Shown: positions 18,158-27,791 of the stretch, one piece after another
Position numbering within the stretch: the stretch's first letter is position 1
How the letters are laid out: each line of letters opens with the position of its first letter
Assembly: GCA_965369865.1 (NCBI GenBank)
Contig: CBDURU010000019.1
Span: forward strand, 1-42,349
Source of the DNA: an uncultured bacterium
GTDB taxonomy: Bacteria > JAJVIF01 > JAPKYR01
Direction: 5' to 3'
Length of the DNA stretch: 42,349 bases
The notes under the pieces: generated by a model
Seen by the model: only the letters and a program-made list of their open reading frames with translations
Told to the model about the DNA's origin: nothing
Databases searched by the model: none
Made by a program: the position numbers and the translations under genes

Positions 18158-18829
18158 ATGGCTACACTTATAGAATGGTTAGGGCACTGCTCGTTCAGGA
18201 TTATTTCTGAATCCGGGCTGAGAATACTAATTGACCCGTTCAATGAAACGATCGGGCTTAAAGTGGCACCGTACGAGTGTGATATCCTTCTGATTTCACA
18301 TAGCCATTACGATTCATCCGCGAGGCACCTGGTGAAGACGGGTTATGAGGAAATGTCCGAAAAAGGTTCCAGGGTTATTGAAGGGATATCGTTCAAAGCA
18401 CTTCAGTCATACCATGATGACAGGCTGGGAAAGGACTATGGGACGGTCCTTGTGTTTATATTCGAATTGGACGGTATAAAATTCGGATACCTGAGTCATA
18501 TCGGAATCAGGCCGAAAGAAGTAATTCTTGATGAATTGAAGAACCTGGATATCTGCTTTGTACCCGTGGGCGGGGTACTTGCACTCGATCCAACAAATGC
18601 CAGGGTATTAATGAACGAACTCAAGCCGAAACTAATCTTCCCAATGCACTTTAATGATCGCTATCTGAATTTTACTCTCCTCGGAATTGGGGAATTCACC
18701 AGGATCATGAGTAAAGCACTGGGGACCCAGAGAGTTGATAACTGGATTTATGAGGTCAATAAAGAAGAATTTCCAGAGGAGTCTGAGGTAGTTTTGATGC
18801 AGCACTGGCCGGGAGTCTCAGGGATATAA
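18158..18829 (+). CDS. MBL-fold metallo-hydrolase
   Basis: WLGHCSF, ILIDPF, LISHSHYD, YHDD, FVPVGG, IFPMHF. ATG 18158 after AGGGG. Confidence 0.9.
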   Translation: MATLIEWLGHCSFRIISESGLRILIDPFNETIGLKVAPYECDILLISHSHYDSSARHLVKTGYEEMSEKGSRVIEGISFKALQSYHDDRLGKDYGTVLVFIFELDGIKFGYLSHIGIRPKEVILDELKNLDICFVPVGGVLALDPTNARVLMNELKPKLIFPMHFNDRYLNFTLLGIGEFTRIMSKALGTQRVDNWIYEVNKEEFPEESEVVLMQHWPGVSGI

Positions 18830-18893
18830 GCCATTTTTCGGCATTTTCTAATGAGCATAATGGTATTTAATTCATTTTTTTTTACCTACCCAC

Positions 18894-18921
18894 TTGACAA
18901 TTGGCATTTTTATAATATACT
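18894..18921 (+). promoter_or_regulatory. Sigma70-type promoter
   Basis: TTGACA (18894)-N16-TATACT (18916). Confidence 0.6.
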
Positions 18922-18926
18922 TCAGT

Positions 18927-19021
18927 GACGAGAGAGCGGGAACTCCTTCCTACCTTCCTTCAACCAATCCGAAAACCTCCTAGTCTTCACTCCTCTTCTC
19001 CTTCCCCCTCTCTCATTTTTT
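18927..19021 (+). ncRNA. Candidate small RNA: closing stem around a C/U-rich, anti-Shine-Dalgarno-rich loop
   Basis: GAGAGAGCGGGAA (18930-18942) pairs with TTCCCCCTCTCTC (19002-19014), followed by A and T6. The interior has 4 CTCCT. It lies directly after a promoter. Confidence 0.5.
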
Positions 19022-19104
19022 GTCCCCAAACTCCTGTAGTCTAACGCCTTTCATAAAATTGGCATTTTTTTTGCTCATTTTTATGGTAAAATCCTTATAT
19101 AAAA

Positions 19105-19944
19105 ATGCCAGATCCAGACGAAACAGTATCGCATGACACCGGGGACAGTACCGGAGCAGGTAATCAAGGGCCGGTCGAAGCGCCGGAAATCCTGACTTGC
19201 CCGGTATGCGAGCGTCTGATTCCATCGCACACGCACGAATCCTGCCCCCACTGCGATGCACCCATCGACACAATCCTGGCAATATTTCGTACTGCGGACC
19301 TTTCACTTAAAGAAGCAATGCGGGATGTTCGCTCTGGTGATATTGAATCAGCCAGAAGACGTCTCGGATTCGTCCGCCTGACCTCCAGGGGGCATCGTCT
19401 ACGTGTTGAACTTATCCAGGCCATTCTGGACAGGCTCGAATGGAATACCGAATCGGCCCTGGCCATTCTGAATACGATAAAGGACGCACTTGAGGAAGGG
19501 GACGACGAGTTAAAGTTCCTGGTTGACAGTGTCGAGAGGCAATGCCTGATCGACCAGGGTGCCCTGGCTGCCTGTTGTGAACATTACAATTTTGCGTTAT
19601 TCCATGCACGGCGGGGCCATTACGAGGAGGCCCGGCGATCGCTGAGGAAGGCGCTTACTGAAGTATCACATCATCCCGAAAGCCACGCCCTCCTTGGGAA
19701 AGTCCAGCTTGCGTTAAGGGAATATGATGATGCCCGGTACCATTTGAAACGCGCTCTGGCAATTGATCCGACAAATCCGACTGCCACGAGGTTGCTTGCC
19801 CAGATGGGTCAGCAGGATTTCCTGAATGTTGTCGAATTTGTAAAATCCAGGGGTTTATCACCTGCCTGGACAGGATCGATAATCGTTCTGGTAATACTAT
19901 TCGCTATTGCAATCACGGCTGCGATTACAGCAATAAGCCGGTAA
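19105..19944 (+). CDS. TPR-repeat protein with N-terminal zinc ribbon and C-terminal membrane anchor
   Basis: CPVC...CPHC, TPR helices (HYEEARRSLRKAL..., YDDARYHLKRALAIDP), hydrophobic C-terminal helix. Confidence 0.8.
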   Translation: MPDPDETVSHDTGDSTGAGNQGPVEAPEILTCPVCERLIPSHTHESCPHCDAPIDTILAIFRTADLSLKEAMRDVRSGDIESARRRLGFVRLTSRGHRLRVELIQAILDRLEWNTESALAILNTIKDALEEGDDELKFLVDSVERQCLIDQGALAACCEHYNFALFHARRGHYEEARRSLRKALTEVSHHPESHALLGKVQLALREYDDARYHLKRALAIDPTNPTATRLLAQMGQQDFLNVVEFVKSRGLSPAWTGSIIVLVILFAIAITAAITAISR

Positions 19945-19952
19945 AATCGATA

Positions 19953-21053
19953 TCAGCTTTGTTGAAATCGTTTCTCTCGAACATTGCTCGCGCCGATTTT
20001 TACCGTTTCCACTGGAATTTTATCGAGAAGGCGCCAGAACCATATTCCCGACCACAGTAAAATGATTGCAAGTATAATGGCAAGCCACCATGGGGATATT
20101 TTTGTCAGGATCCCGAAGAGGCCGAAAATTGCTCCGAGTATCCAGACAAGTATCACCGAGAAGGTTTTTGAAAAACCATAATTGACAAACCTGTGTGAAG
20201 TATGGTCCTTGCCCCCCCACCAGAAATTGATTTTCCTTTTACCACGGCTGAACGCTACAAAAAATGTATCGAATACAAAAATCCCGACCACAAGTATCGG
20301 CGCCAGGATGTGGCTTAGAGAATGAAGGTTATCAGGCGATGGCATCCGTCCCGCGATCAGCCCAAGAAAACTCAGGAAAAACCCGAGTACAATGGACCCT
20401 GCATCCCCGAAGAAAATTGTTGCCTTTGGGAAATTGTATGGCAAATATCCCAGGAGGCTCCCGATAAGAACGAGTGAAAGGCCGATTGTTATTGGGTCAT
20501 GTCCGATTGTCCCGATAGCCAGGATGGAAAGTCCCGCGACTATCCCGGTTCCTGCCGAAAGACCGTTCATGTTGTCCATCAGGTTAGCGGCGTTAGTGAT
20601 TCCGAGAATCCAAAAAAGCGTGAGCGCCCAGGAGATGACTTGTCCGGCGATCCCCCATGCCTCGGGTATAAATGTTACCTTCCCGCCTCCGAAGAAAAGG
20701 AGGGTACCTGCAACACCGAGCATTAACATTTTTATGCCGGGAATCATGCCCCGGATATCGTCCCAGAGTCCGACAGCGAAAATTACCACTATCGCTGCCA
20801 TTATCAGCCATATATTAAATCCGGCGGGCAGAACGCGATAGGTCTGGCTGAGTACGATGAAACTTCCAGTTAAAAGAGCGATAAAAAGGGAAATCCCGCC
20901 AAGGTAGGGCGTAGGTTTCTCATGAGTTTTGCTGGAACCAACTATAGGTGCATCGACGATGCCGAATTTCAACGCGAACATTCGCGCGATCGGGGTTCCG
21001 GTGAAAGTTACGAAGAAAGGAAATGCCAGTATGAGTGAAGGGTGAATTCCCAT
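19953..21053 (-). CDS. MraY/WecA/TagO family (GT4-type) undecaprenyl-phosphate sugar-1-phosphate transferase
   Basis: HEKPTPYLGG, GLWDD, TNAANLMDNMNGL, YNFPKATIFFGDAGS, DHTSHR. Confidence 0.92.
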   Translation of the reverse strand: MGIHPSLILAFPFFVTFTGTPIARMFALKFGIVDAPIVGSSKTHEKPTPYLGGISLFIALLTGSFIVLSQTYRVLPAGFNIWLIMAAIVVIFAVGLWDDIRGMIPGIKMLMLGVAGTLLFFGGGKVTFIPEAWGIAGQVISWALTLFWILGITNAANLMDNMNGLSAGTGIVAGLSILAIGTIGHDPITIGLSLVLIGSLLGYLPYNFPKATIFFGDAGSIVLGFFLSFLGLIAGRMPSPDNLHSLSHILAPILVVGIFVFDTFFVAFSRGKRKINFWWGGKDHTSHRFVNYGFSKTFSVILVWILGAIFGLFGILTKISPWWLAIILAIILLWSGIWFWRLLDKIPVETVKIGASNVREKRFQQS

Positions 21054-21143
21054 GTTTTCAAATGTTGTTGTCTGAGCGATATTATAACGGATTGGCTAAA
21101 GAAAAGCGTAACGTGTACCAGTAAATGTAATACCTTTCGTTAT

Positions 21144-21869
21144 TTAATCCCCAACAACGCCAACCGGCATTATCAATCTGACTTTGGCGCTCGTGCCGAC
21201 AACTTCAGCAACCTGGTCGTCATGCATTGCCCCGATAGCCACAGTTCCAAGTCCGAGAGTTTCGCACTGGAGGTAAATATTCTGTAATACAGCCCCGACC
21301 TCCTGGTCGATATACCTCATGCTCCTGTCGCCGTACTTAGCTTCGGTGATTTCCGGGATCGCCGATATCACGATTGTAGCCGGCGCATTACCGACCGGTC
21401 CCTGTCCGAGGGCGGCTTCCCTTAGATCCCTCCTCAGGTCACCTTCCTTCACTATAGTTAATGTGTTGGTAATGGGATCGTACTCCCATGAGCCTTGGGC
21501 AAGTCCATCCACATCGCCGGCAACGAGGTAGATGCGAACAGGGAACAGTCCGCCTGCCGATGGTGCGGTTCGGGCGCCCCAGTCGGCTGTGATCCCCTGT
21601 GCCGCCCACAGAAGTTGTGAGACTTGTAAGAGGTTCAAAGGCTGGTCGCTGTATTCCCTCACGGACCGCCTTGCCCGAAGCGTTTCCTCAAGCGAAATAT
21701 CACTTTCGTACACCGGGTCCGGAAGATTGACAACGCTTAATCCATAAGCAGGTGTTTCATGTGTTTCATCATCGGCCATCACGTATCCTCCCGTGAAAAT
21801 TGCGGTCAGAAAAAAAAAGATAAAAATTGTAAAAGGAAAAATGTAATTGAAATCCGGTTCCTTCTTCAT
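21144..21869 (-). CDS. SagB/ThcOx-like nitroreductase family protein
   Basis: RRSVREY, LLWAAQG, RTAPSAGGLFP, QNIYLQ...LGLGTVAIGA. Start MKKEP after GGAGGA, with an N-terminal hydrophobic helix. Confidence 0.9.
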   Translation of the reverse strand: MKKEPDFNYIFPFTIFIFFFLTAIFTGGYVMADDETHETPAYGLSVVNLPDPVYESDISLEETLRARRSVREYSDQPLNLLQVSQLLWAAQGITADWGARTAPSAGGLFPVRIYLVAGDVDGLAQGSWEYDPITNTLTIVKEGDLRRDLREAALGQGPVGNAPATIVISAIPEITEAKYGDRSMRYIDQEVGAVLQNIYLQCETLGLGTVAIGAMHDDQVAEVVGTSAKVRLIMPVGVVGD

Positions 21870-21900
21870 TTGAATTCCTCCCGTTTTTTGTTTTGTTGAT

Positions 21901-23502
21901 TCATTCCATATTAACACCGTAACCCCCGCCGCCGGGAGTTTCGATCCTCAAAATATCTCCTTTTATCAGGTCGACCATCGTTCGAGCGGGAAGCTCTTTC
22001 TCATGACCATCACGGATTAAAATATTTCTCCCGCATTTTCCCGGTCCGCCGCCCGATGCCCCATCGGGTCCGGATTTCCTGTGCTGGCTGAGAATTGTAA
22101 GCCGTGTTGGTGTCAGAATTTCATATTCCCGTATGATTCCATGGCCTCCGGGATAAATTCCATTCCCGCCTGAATCATACCGGATGCCGTAGGACTTTAT
22201 CCGAAGAGGTACTGTCCGTTCAATTGCCTCCACGGGGGTATTTCTTGTATTTGTCATATGGGTCTGGATACCCGATGCCCCGGGTGAGTAGGACGTCGCG
22301 CCCGCTCCTCCGCCGATGGTCTCATATAAACTGTAGTTGAAATCGGATCCGGGTGAATTTCCCATTAATACATTATTCATTGTACCCTGGCTCGATGCGG
22401 GAACGTCCCATCCGAGTTTCCCAAGCGCGATAAGCACCGCTTCGGTAATGGCCTGACTTGTCTCGACATTACCCCCGGCTACCGCGGCGCCCTCCAGCGG
22501 ATTCAAAACACTTCCGTCGCGAAGATGAATCCTGACAGGTTGTAATAATCCCGATGTGATTGGTGTATCGGAAGGGAGAAAAAGCCGGATGCAATATAGA
22601 ACCGCGGAATTAACAATGGAAGGTACCGCGTTCAGGCAGCCGGGATGCTGGTCCGATGATTTTGTAAAGTCGATGTCCAGCCGGGTCGGGTTGTGCGTTA
22701 ATGCTATATTACAATGAATTTCCGCACCGGGTTCTAAGGGAATCTCGTCCATCGTTGTAATTTCGGCACCGGAACCTTCAGGCTGGCCCTTTAGGAATGA
22801 CAGAAGGACTTTGGCTGAATGGTTTATCAAAGCTGACGATTCGGACTTTATTCGATCCAGGCTGCGGTTACCCTGAAGTTCCTTAAGACGTTTCAATCCG
22901 ACCAGACCTGCCGAAATCTGTGCGAGCAGATCGCCCCTTCTTTCATCGGGCTGCCGGGACGAATTCGCGATGTGCTCTATAACCTTAGTGAAAACTTCTC
23001 CATTTTGAACGATCAGGATTGGAGGGATAACCAGTCCTTCATCCGAGAGTTTCGTGGAGAGTGGAAGGCTGCCGGGGGCGATTCCGCCAACATCCGAGTG
23101 ATGTGCCCGTACGCCAAGATAAAAGTCGGCTGATTTTTCACTTGATGTAAACGACGGGAAAATCAGTGTCAGGTCGGGAAGGTGAGTCCCACCTGCGTAT
23201 GGATCATTCAAAATCGCCACATCACCCTGTGAAAAATCGATTGTGTCGATCGCCGCGCGGCATGCGGTGTCCATGCTGCCAAGGTGTACTGGAATATGAA
23301 CCGCGCCGGAAACCAGGCACCCCTCCGAATTGAACAGCGCACAGGAATAGTCCCTTCGTTCCTTGATGTTCTGGCTGAACGCACCCTGGCGTAAAGCCTC
23401 TCCCATTTCATCGAGAATTGCTTCTATAAGGGCACGGAAAATAGCAAGCTCGGCTGGCGGTGGATCTTCGGTTCTGTTGTTATTTTTTATATCCGGACTC
23501 AT
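21901..23502 (-). CDS. Hydantoinase B / 5-oxoprolinase family subunit
   Basis: SQNIKERRDYSCA, HIPVHLGSM, NDPYAGGTHLPD, GNVETSQ, SQGTMNN, YETIGGG, HMTNTRNTP, ETPGGGGYG. Confidence 0.95.
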   Translation of the reverse strand: MSPDIKNNNRTEDPPPAELAIFRALIEAILDEMGEALRQGAFSQNIKERRDYSCALFNSEGCLVSGAVHIPVHLGSMDTACRAAIDTIDFSQGDVAILNDPYAGGTHLPDLTLIFPSFTSSEKSADFYLGVRAHHSDVGGIAPGSLPLSTKLSDEGLVIPPILIVQNGEVFTKVIEHIANSSRQPDERRGDLLAQISAGLVGLKRLKELQGNRSLDRIKSESSALINHSAKVLLSFLKGQPEGSGAEITTMDEIPLEPGAEIHCNIALTHNPTRLDIDFTKSSDQHPGCLNAVPSIVNSAVLYCIRLFLPSDTPITSGLLQPVRIHLRDGSVLNPLEGAAVAGGNVETSQAITEAVLIALGKLGWDVPASSQGTMNNVLMGNSPGSDFNYSLYETIGGGAGATSYSPGASGIQTHMTNTRNTPVEAIERTVPLRIKSYGIRYDSGGNGIYPGGHGIIREYEILTPTRLTILSQHRKSGPDGASGGGPGKCGRNILIRDGHEKELPARTMVDLIKGDILRIETPGGGGYGVNME

Positions 23503-23526
23503 TTTTTAAGAATTTATTATATTTCG

Positions 23527-23646
23527 AGACTGTTGCAAAAGGGGCGCAGCAAGCAGCGCCCCTACGAATAGAATCTGCATGAATAGAGGGTTGTAGGAGC
23601 GCCGCTTGCTGCGCCTTGGACCAAATTCAGGTTTTTGCAACGGTCT
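23527..23646. mobile_element. MITE-like 120-bp element with 14-bp terminal inverted repeats enclosing an inverted REP pair
   Basis: AGACTGTTGCAAAA (23527-23540) / TTTTGCAACGGTCT (23633-23646). Internal GTAG-type REPs at 23540-23565 (-) and 23593-23616 (+). Confidence 0.6.
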
Positions 23647-23650
23647 TTTT

Positions 23651-25639
23651 TCATATTTCGATGATCGCATGGCCCTTTTTATCGAGGTGCATAACCGAAT
23701 CGGGCGGCATGTACAGGGTGGCGAAATCTTCGATAATTAAAGCCGGTCCCTCTATTGTTGTTTCGACCGGCACCTGATCCCTTGATAAAACCGGGATGGT
23801 TGTCCATGATCCATCAAGCCTCAAATTGGTAGTGCCAGTCTGGGCTTGGTCGATATCCCGACCTGCAGGTGGGATATCGGGAAATTCAACATGTGGCGCG
23901 GGAATTTCACCACGCAGACGGATGGAAACAACCTCGATTTCAGCGGCAGTATGGAGATAAGTATATCTTGTACGGTAGGCTGATTCGAATTTATCCCTGA
24001 TCCGCACGGCATTAATTTCGCCATCGAGGAGTATTTCAAGAGTATGTGTCTGGCCCCGGTACCTGCATTCAATAGTTGTAGATAAAACCGGGATAGTTTC
24101 GTCATACCAGCCCTCAAGGGATTCATTAACCTCTTTAACCAGTTCTTCCTGTGATGAAAGGACCAATTCAATTGATTCGTCGACCGATTTAAGGATCGTA
24201 TGTTCGTGTTCGCAAGAAATTGGGGCCTCCAGGAGTCCGAGCGCTGAAAATACCCCGGCAGCCCTTGGGTGAACGATCTGTTTCAGTCCCAGCATCCTCG
24301 CGCATTCAACGGCGAACAATGCCCCGGCACCGCCAAAGGGTACCAGTGTGAACATGGCGTCCGGGATTGCCGGGTCGATCCCTCGTCCGATTGAAATTTT
24401 CCTCAACGCTCCGGTTAGATTTACAAGGGCAAGTTCGATAACGCCATCGAGCATTTCGTCGATTGCCATTCTATTTGAAATAACTTTTTCAATCGCCTGT
24501 ATTGAGGCGTTTCGGTCGAGGTTCATTTCTCCACCAAGAAACCTGTCGGGGATAAGGCGTCCGGCAAGCAGGGCGATGTCGCTAAGGGTCGCAGGCCCGT
24601 CATTGCCATAGCAGGCAGGACCCGGTGATGCCCCGGCGCTTTCAGGGCCGAGTGCAAGCATCCCGCCGGTATCGATTTTAACTATGGACCCTCCCCCTGC
24701 CCCGATTGTATGAATATCGATGGTTGGTAGCGGGAGCGGGAGTCCGTCGATTTCCGATTCCCGAGTTCTTGGTAAATCCCCAGCAAGGAGCGTGACATCT
24801 GTCGAGGTGCCGCCCATATCCAACGCAAGGACCCGTTCAAGACCCAGTGACATCGCCGCGAGCGCTCCACCGGCAGGTCCGGATAGAACACACACCGGTG
24901 GGTTATCGAGAACCTGTTCAGAGGGGACCAGTCCACCGGAGGATGCCATAAATGTCAACGGTGAAGAGCAGGCATGGTTAAGGTTAGTGAAATATTGTCC
25001 CAGTACAGGTGAGAGGTATCCGGCCATTGCAGCGAGGCTCCATCGTTCATACTCACGTGGTGAGGCCGCGAGGCGGGATGAGGCAAATACCGGCAGGCCG
25101 GTCAGACTTTGGAGTTTAATGGCGAGATCGACTTCAGAATCGGGATGTGCCGATGAGTGAATAATGCCAACCGAAACCGCTTTCGCGCCCGAATTTTTTA
25201 TCTTTTCCGATAAATTTATAATATATTCTTCTGTCGGGATACTGATTAAATTACCGGATGAATCGATCCGAAGGTCAATTTCAAAGATATCAGAATCCGC
25301 CAGGAGGGGTGTATGGCGTTCGGGGGATATAGAGTAGAGGTTTAATCTTTCCCCCCTGCCGATTGCCAGAATGTCGCGAAATCCACTGGTCACGACCATT
25401 TTTGAGGGGCCGCCTCGATGCGCGAGGATCGCGTTAGTACCGACCGTAGTCCCGTGGCAGACCAGTTCTGGCGGGCTTTTCAGCTTGTCAAGGACAGCGA
25501 GTACGCTTTGCTCGGGAGCGTGTGATTGAGAAGGCACCTTGGCGGTTCTGAGTTTACCGTCCTCGATCCAGGCGATGTCGGTAAAGGTGCCGCCTGAATC
25601 TATCCCTGCCCGATGCAAAACCTGTTCCTTAAGTTCCAT
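23651..25639 (-). CDS. Hydantoinase A / 5-oxoprolinase family subunit
   Basis: GIDSGGTFTD, HGTTVGTNA, LSGPAGG, DMGGTSTDV, IHTIGAGGGS, GPESAGASPGPACYG, FGGAG. Confidence 0.95.
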   Translation of the reverse strand: MELKEQVLHRAGIDSGGTFTDIAWIEDGKLRTAKVPSQSHAPEQSVLAVLDKLKSPPELVCHGTTVGTNAILAHRGGPSKMVVTSGFRDILAIGRGERLNLYSISPERHTPLLADSDIFEIDLRIDSSGNLISIPTEEYIINLSEKIKNSGAKAVSVGIIHSSAHPDSEVDLAIKLQSLTGLPVFASSRLAASPREYERWSLAAMAGYLSPVLGQYFTNLNHACSSPLTFMASSGGLVPSEQVLDNPPVCVLSGPAGGALAAMSLGLERVLALDMGGTSTDVTLLAGDLPRTRESEIDGLPLPLPTIDIHTIGAGGGSIVKIDTGGMLALGPESAGASPGPACYGNDGPATLSDIALLAGRLIPDRFLGGEMNLDRNASIQAIEKVISNRMAIDEMLDGVIELALVNLTGALRKISIGRGIDPAIPDAMFTLVPFGGAGALFAVECARMLGLKQIVHPRAAGVFSALGLLEAPISCEHEHTILKSVDESIELVLSSQEELVKEVNESLEGWYDETIPVLSTTIECRYRGQTHTLEILLDGEINAVRIRDKFESAYRTRYTYLHTAAEIEVVSIRLRGEIPAPHVEFPDIPPAGRDIDQAQTGTTNLRLDGSWTTIPVLSRDQVPVETTIEGPALIIEDFATLYMPPDSVMHLDKKGHAIIEI

Positions 25640-25774
25640 TAAAAGAGATATTAACAGTTGTAAACGGCCGCATCAAATGCAGGTGAAAATGGTGAACAAG
25701 AAAGGAGTTGAAACGATACTATTATGATGTAGATTAGAAGAGAACTTAAAAATTTCCGTATAAGAGGTTAAATC

Positions 25775-26143
25775 ATGGATACGACAATGAAACTTGAAAG
25801 TCGACACCATAAAGGGTTTGTCATCTTTGACCTGGATGGCGATTTCGACAGCCGTACTGCCGCGGATGCAAAGGAAGAAATCAGGGAAATGATCCTTGCT
25901 GGTAATAGTAACGTTATAATCAACCTTGAGTCTGTGTCATACATCGATTCAGCGGGGCTGGGTACACTTGTCAGTGCCCTGAAGACCGCCAAGGAAAAGG
26001 GCGGAAATGTGTGGCTGGCCGGAATGACCGCGCAGGTGAAGATAGTGGTAGAACTGACCCGGCTTCATCATGTGTTCACCGTGTTCGATTCTGTCGATGA
26101 AGCCCTGGAGGTACTGGTGACTGATACACCGGGGGGGCCTTAA
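25775..26143 (+). CDS. STAS-domain anti-sigma factor antagonist (RsbV/SpoIIAA type)
   Basis: LDGDFD...NLESVSYIDSAGLGTLV with the phosphorylatable Ser. Confidence 0.92.
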   Translation: MDTTMKLESRHHKGFVIFDLDGDFDSRTAADAKEEIREMILAGNSNVIINLESVSYIDSAGLGTLVSALKTAKEKGGNVWLAGMTAQVKIVVELTRLHHVFTVFDSVDEALEVLVTDTPGGP

Positions 26144-26484
26144 TGAAAGTTTACTGTGAGAATGAGAAATCCTGTATGGTAGTGACACTGGACGGTGACC
26201 TAACAGTCCCGGAGTGTGAAAGTTTGAAAGAATTAATATTGGATCGGATTGAAAGTGGTGCCAGGCAACTGCTTATAGATTTCGATTCCGTAAACTACAT
26301 CGATTCGTCCGGTATCGGTGTTCTCCTTGTATTACTCCAGGCCGCACGAAAAAGTGGAGGAGATATCCGCCTTAGCGGAACAAAGCCAAATATCAGGGAC
26401 GTTTTCAGGCAGGTAGGCCTTCACCGTGTTTTCAGGCGGTTTAAAAACCGTGAAACCGGCATAGAGAGTTTTACTTCCTCCTAG
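26143..26484 (+). CDS. STAS-domain anti-sigma factor antagonist (second copy)
   Basis: DFDSVNYIDSSGIGVLL. TAATG coupling to the previous gene. Confidence 0.92.
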   Translation: MKVYCENEKSCMVVTLDGDLTVPECESLKELILDRIESGARQLLIDFDSVNYIDSSGIGVLLVLLQAARKSGGDIRLSGTKPNIRDVFRQVGLHRVFRRFKNRETGIESFTSS

Positions 26485-26550
26485 AATAATGCACCGATTA
26501 CCAGGAATTCTGTCGCATTAAATACCTGCCATATTTTTATAATTGAGTTG

Positions 26551-26575
26551 CCTGTTAAGAGCAGGGATTTTTTTT
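26551..26575 (+). terminator. Putative terminator after the STAS pair
   Basis: CCTGTT-aag-AGCAGG stem followed by a T8 tract. Confidence 0.45.
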
Positions 26576-26708
26576 ACTTCCTTATCCCCACACAATAATC
26601 CTGAAAATATTTAAATTTCCTAAATTAACATGTTTGATTGTAATAACTTGTTAAATTGTATGCATTACCGCCAAGAACACTCATATTTATTATGGGTACT
26701 TAAGTAAG

Positions 26709-26728
26709 AAAAAGCCGCTTATAGCGGC
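26709..26728 (-). terminator. Putative terminator of the small basic protein gene
   Basis: GCCGCT-tat-AGCGGC stem preceded by A5 on + (T-tract on -). Confidence 0.6.
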
Positions 26729-26766
26729 ACTGGGTCCAGAATTAGATTTAAATTCGAAGTTCAAGT

Positions 26767-27189
26767 TTACTTTCTTAAGGAGTAAATCCCGCGGGCTTGT
26801 TTCTTGATCTCCGGAGTGGTTCTAAGGACTGCAAGGATGGTTCCCGATGGATATTTACCGCCGAATTTCGTGTTCTTCTTACGTATTTCCTTGACGAGAT
26901 CGGCGAGTGAGAATTTCCCTTTAAGTTTTTTTGCGGCATTAAGGATTATGTCGCGGTTCTTGGATTTACGCCTGACGGGCTTGGGCTTACGGCCCCTCTT
27001 TGCACCGACCTGCATAGTCGGCCGTTTTGTTGCGAAAGGTCCGCGACGTCTCAGGCCAGGCTCGGTATGGAATTGATCCAGCGATGCGAGAAGCTGTTTT
27101 TTATATTGCAGCTCCTGTTCAGCAATCTTAATTTCACGTATCAATTCTTTTGCGAGGTCCTTTGCCTTCTTCTTTGTGTTCTTAAACAT
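26767..27189 (-). CDS. Small highly basic protein, probable DNA-binding (coiled coil, basic linker, winged-helix-like C-terminus)
   Basis: 140 aa from MFKNTKKK, K/R-rich, KRGRKPK, C-terminal FSLADLVKEI...ILAVL...ARGIYSL. Has its own terminator. Confidence 0.65.
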   Translation of the reverse strand: MFKNTKKKAKDLAKELIREIKIAEQELQYKKQLLASLDQFHTEPGLRRRGPFATKRPTMQVGAKRGRKPKPVRRKSKNRDIILNAAKKLKGKFSLADLVKEIRKKNTKFGGKYPSGTILAVLRTTPEIKKQARGIYSLRK

Positions 27190-27478
27190 ATCTTTCACTC
27201 CGGCACATATGTATTTCCACATATCAGTGGATTTTTGTAGGGTGCTTGAATAGTGTAATGTAAAGCAAATGTTAATGTCAAATTTAATCATATAATTTTT
27301 CTACTGTAATATTTAATTTATTTTTGGATTGACAGGATAAAATACTAGTTGCTTGTATATATGTGTTCGACACATGAATAAAATTTGTATTAAAATCAAG
27401 AACCGTTTGATTGAATAACTGAGAACTTACCATTTCAAAATTCACCGGCCATACATAGTGGCTTATAATTCATATTAT

Positions 27479-27676
27479 TCAATTCTTTCGAAATCCATTA
27501 CCGCGTAACATCTTAGAGCTTCTAACAAAATAAGTTTTTTTACCATCTTTCACTGGGGACACCTCTTTTCGCCCGTCGAAAAGCAGGTGTCCCCGTTCGC
27601 ATAGCCATTTTGTCAGGGACTCTAAGTTGTTAAATTTATAATTCTTTGATATTGCTGCAATGTCAAATCTCTGCAA
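27479..27676 (-). CDS. Possible small hypothetical protein or gene fragment
   Basis: 65-codon TTG-start ORF in an otherwise empty gap. No motif recognised. Confidence 0.25.
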   Translation of the reverse strand: MQRFDIAAISKNYKFNNLESLTKWLCERGHLLFDGRKEVSPVKDGKKTYFVRSSKMLRGNGFRKN

Positions 27677-27791
27677 TTCCTTCAGAAGCCGGAGTTGAAT
27701 ATATTATTGGGAACTCCTTAATCCAAACCAAAAAAATTTGGTTCCAGAGTGGTTGCTTACCTTTAAAAATGCTAAATTTCATTCGGTCGTT

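Noticed and set aside
21144..21869. SagB-like dehydrogenase as part of a RiPP (azole peptide) cluster
   Set aside because: No YcaO, precursor peptide or dedicated transporter is adjacent. Stand-alone nitroreductases of this type are common.
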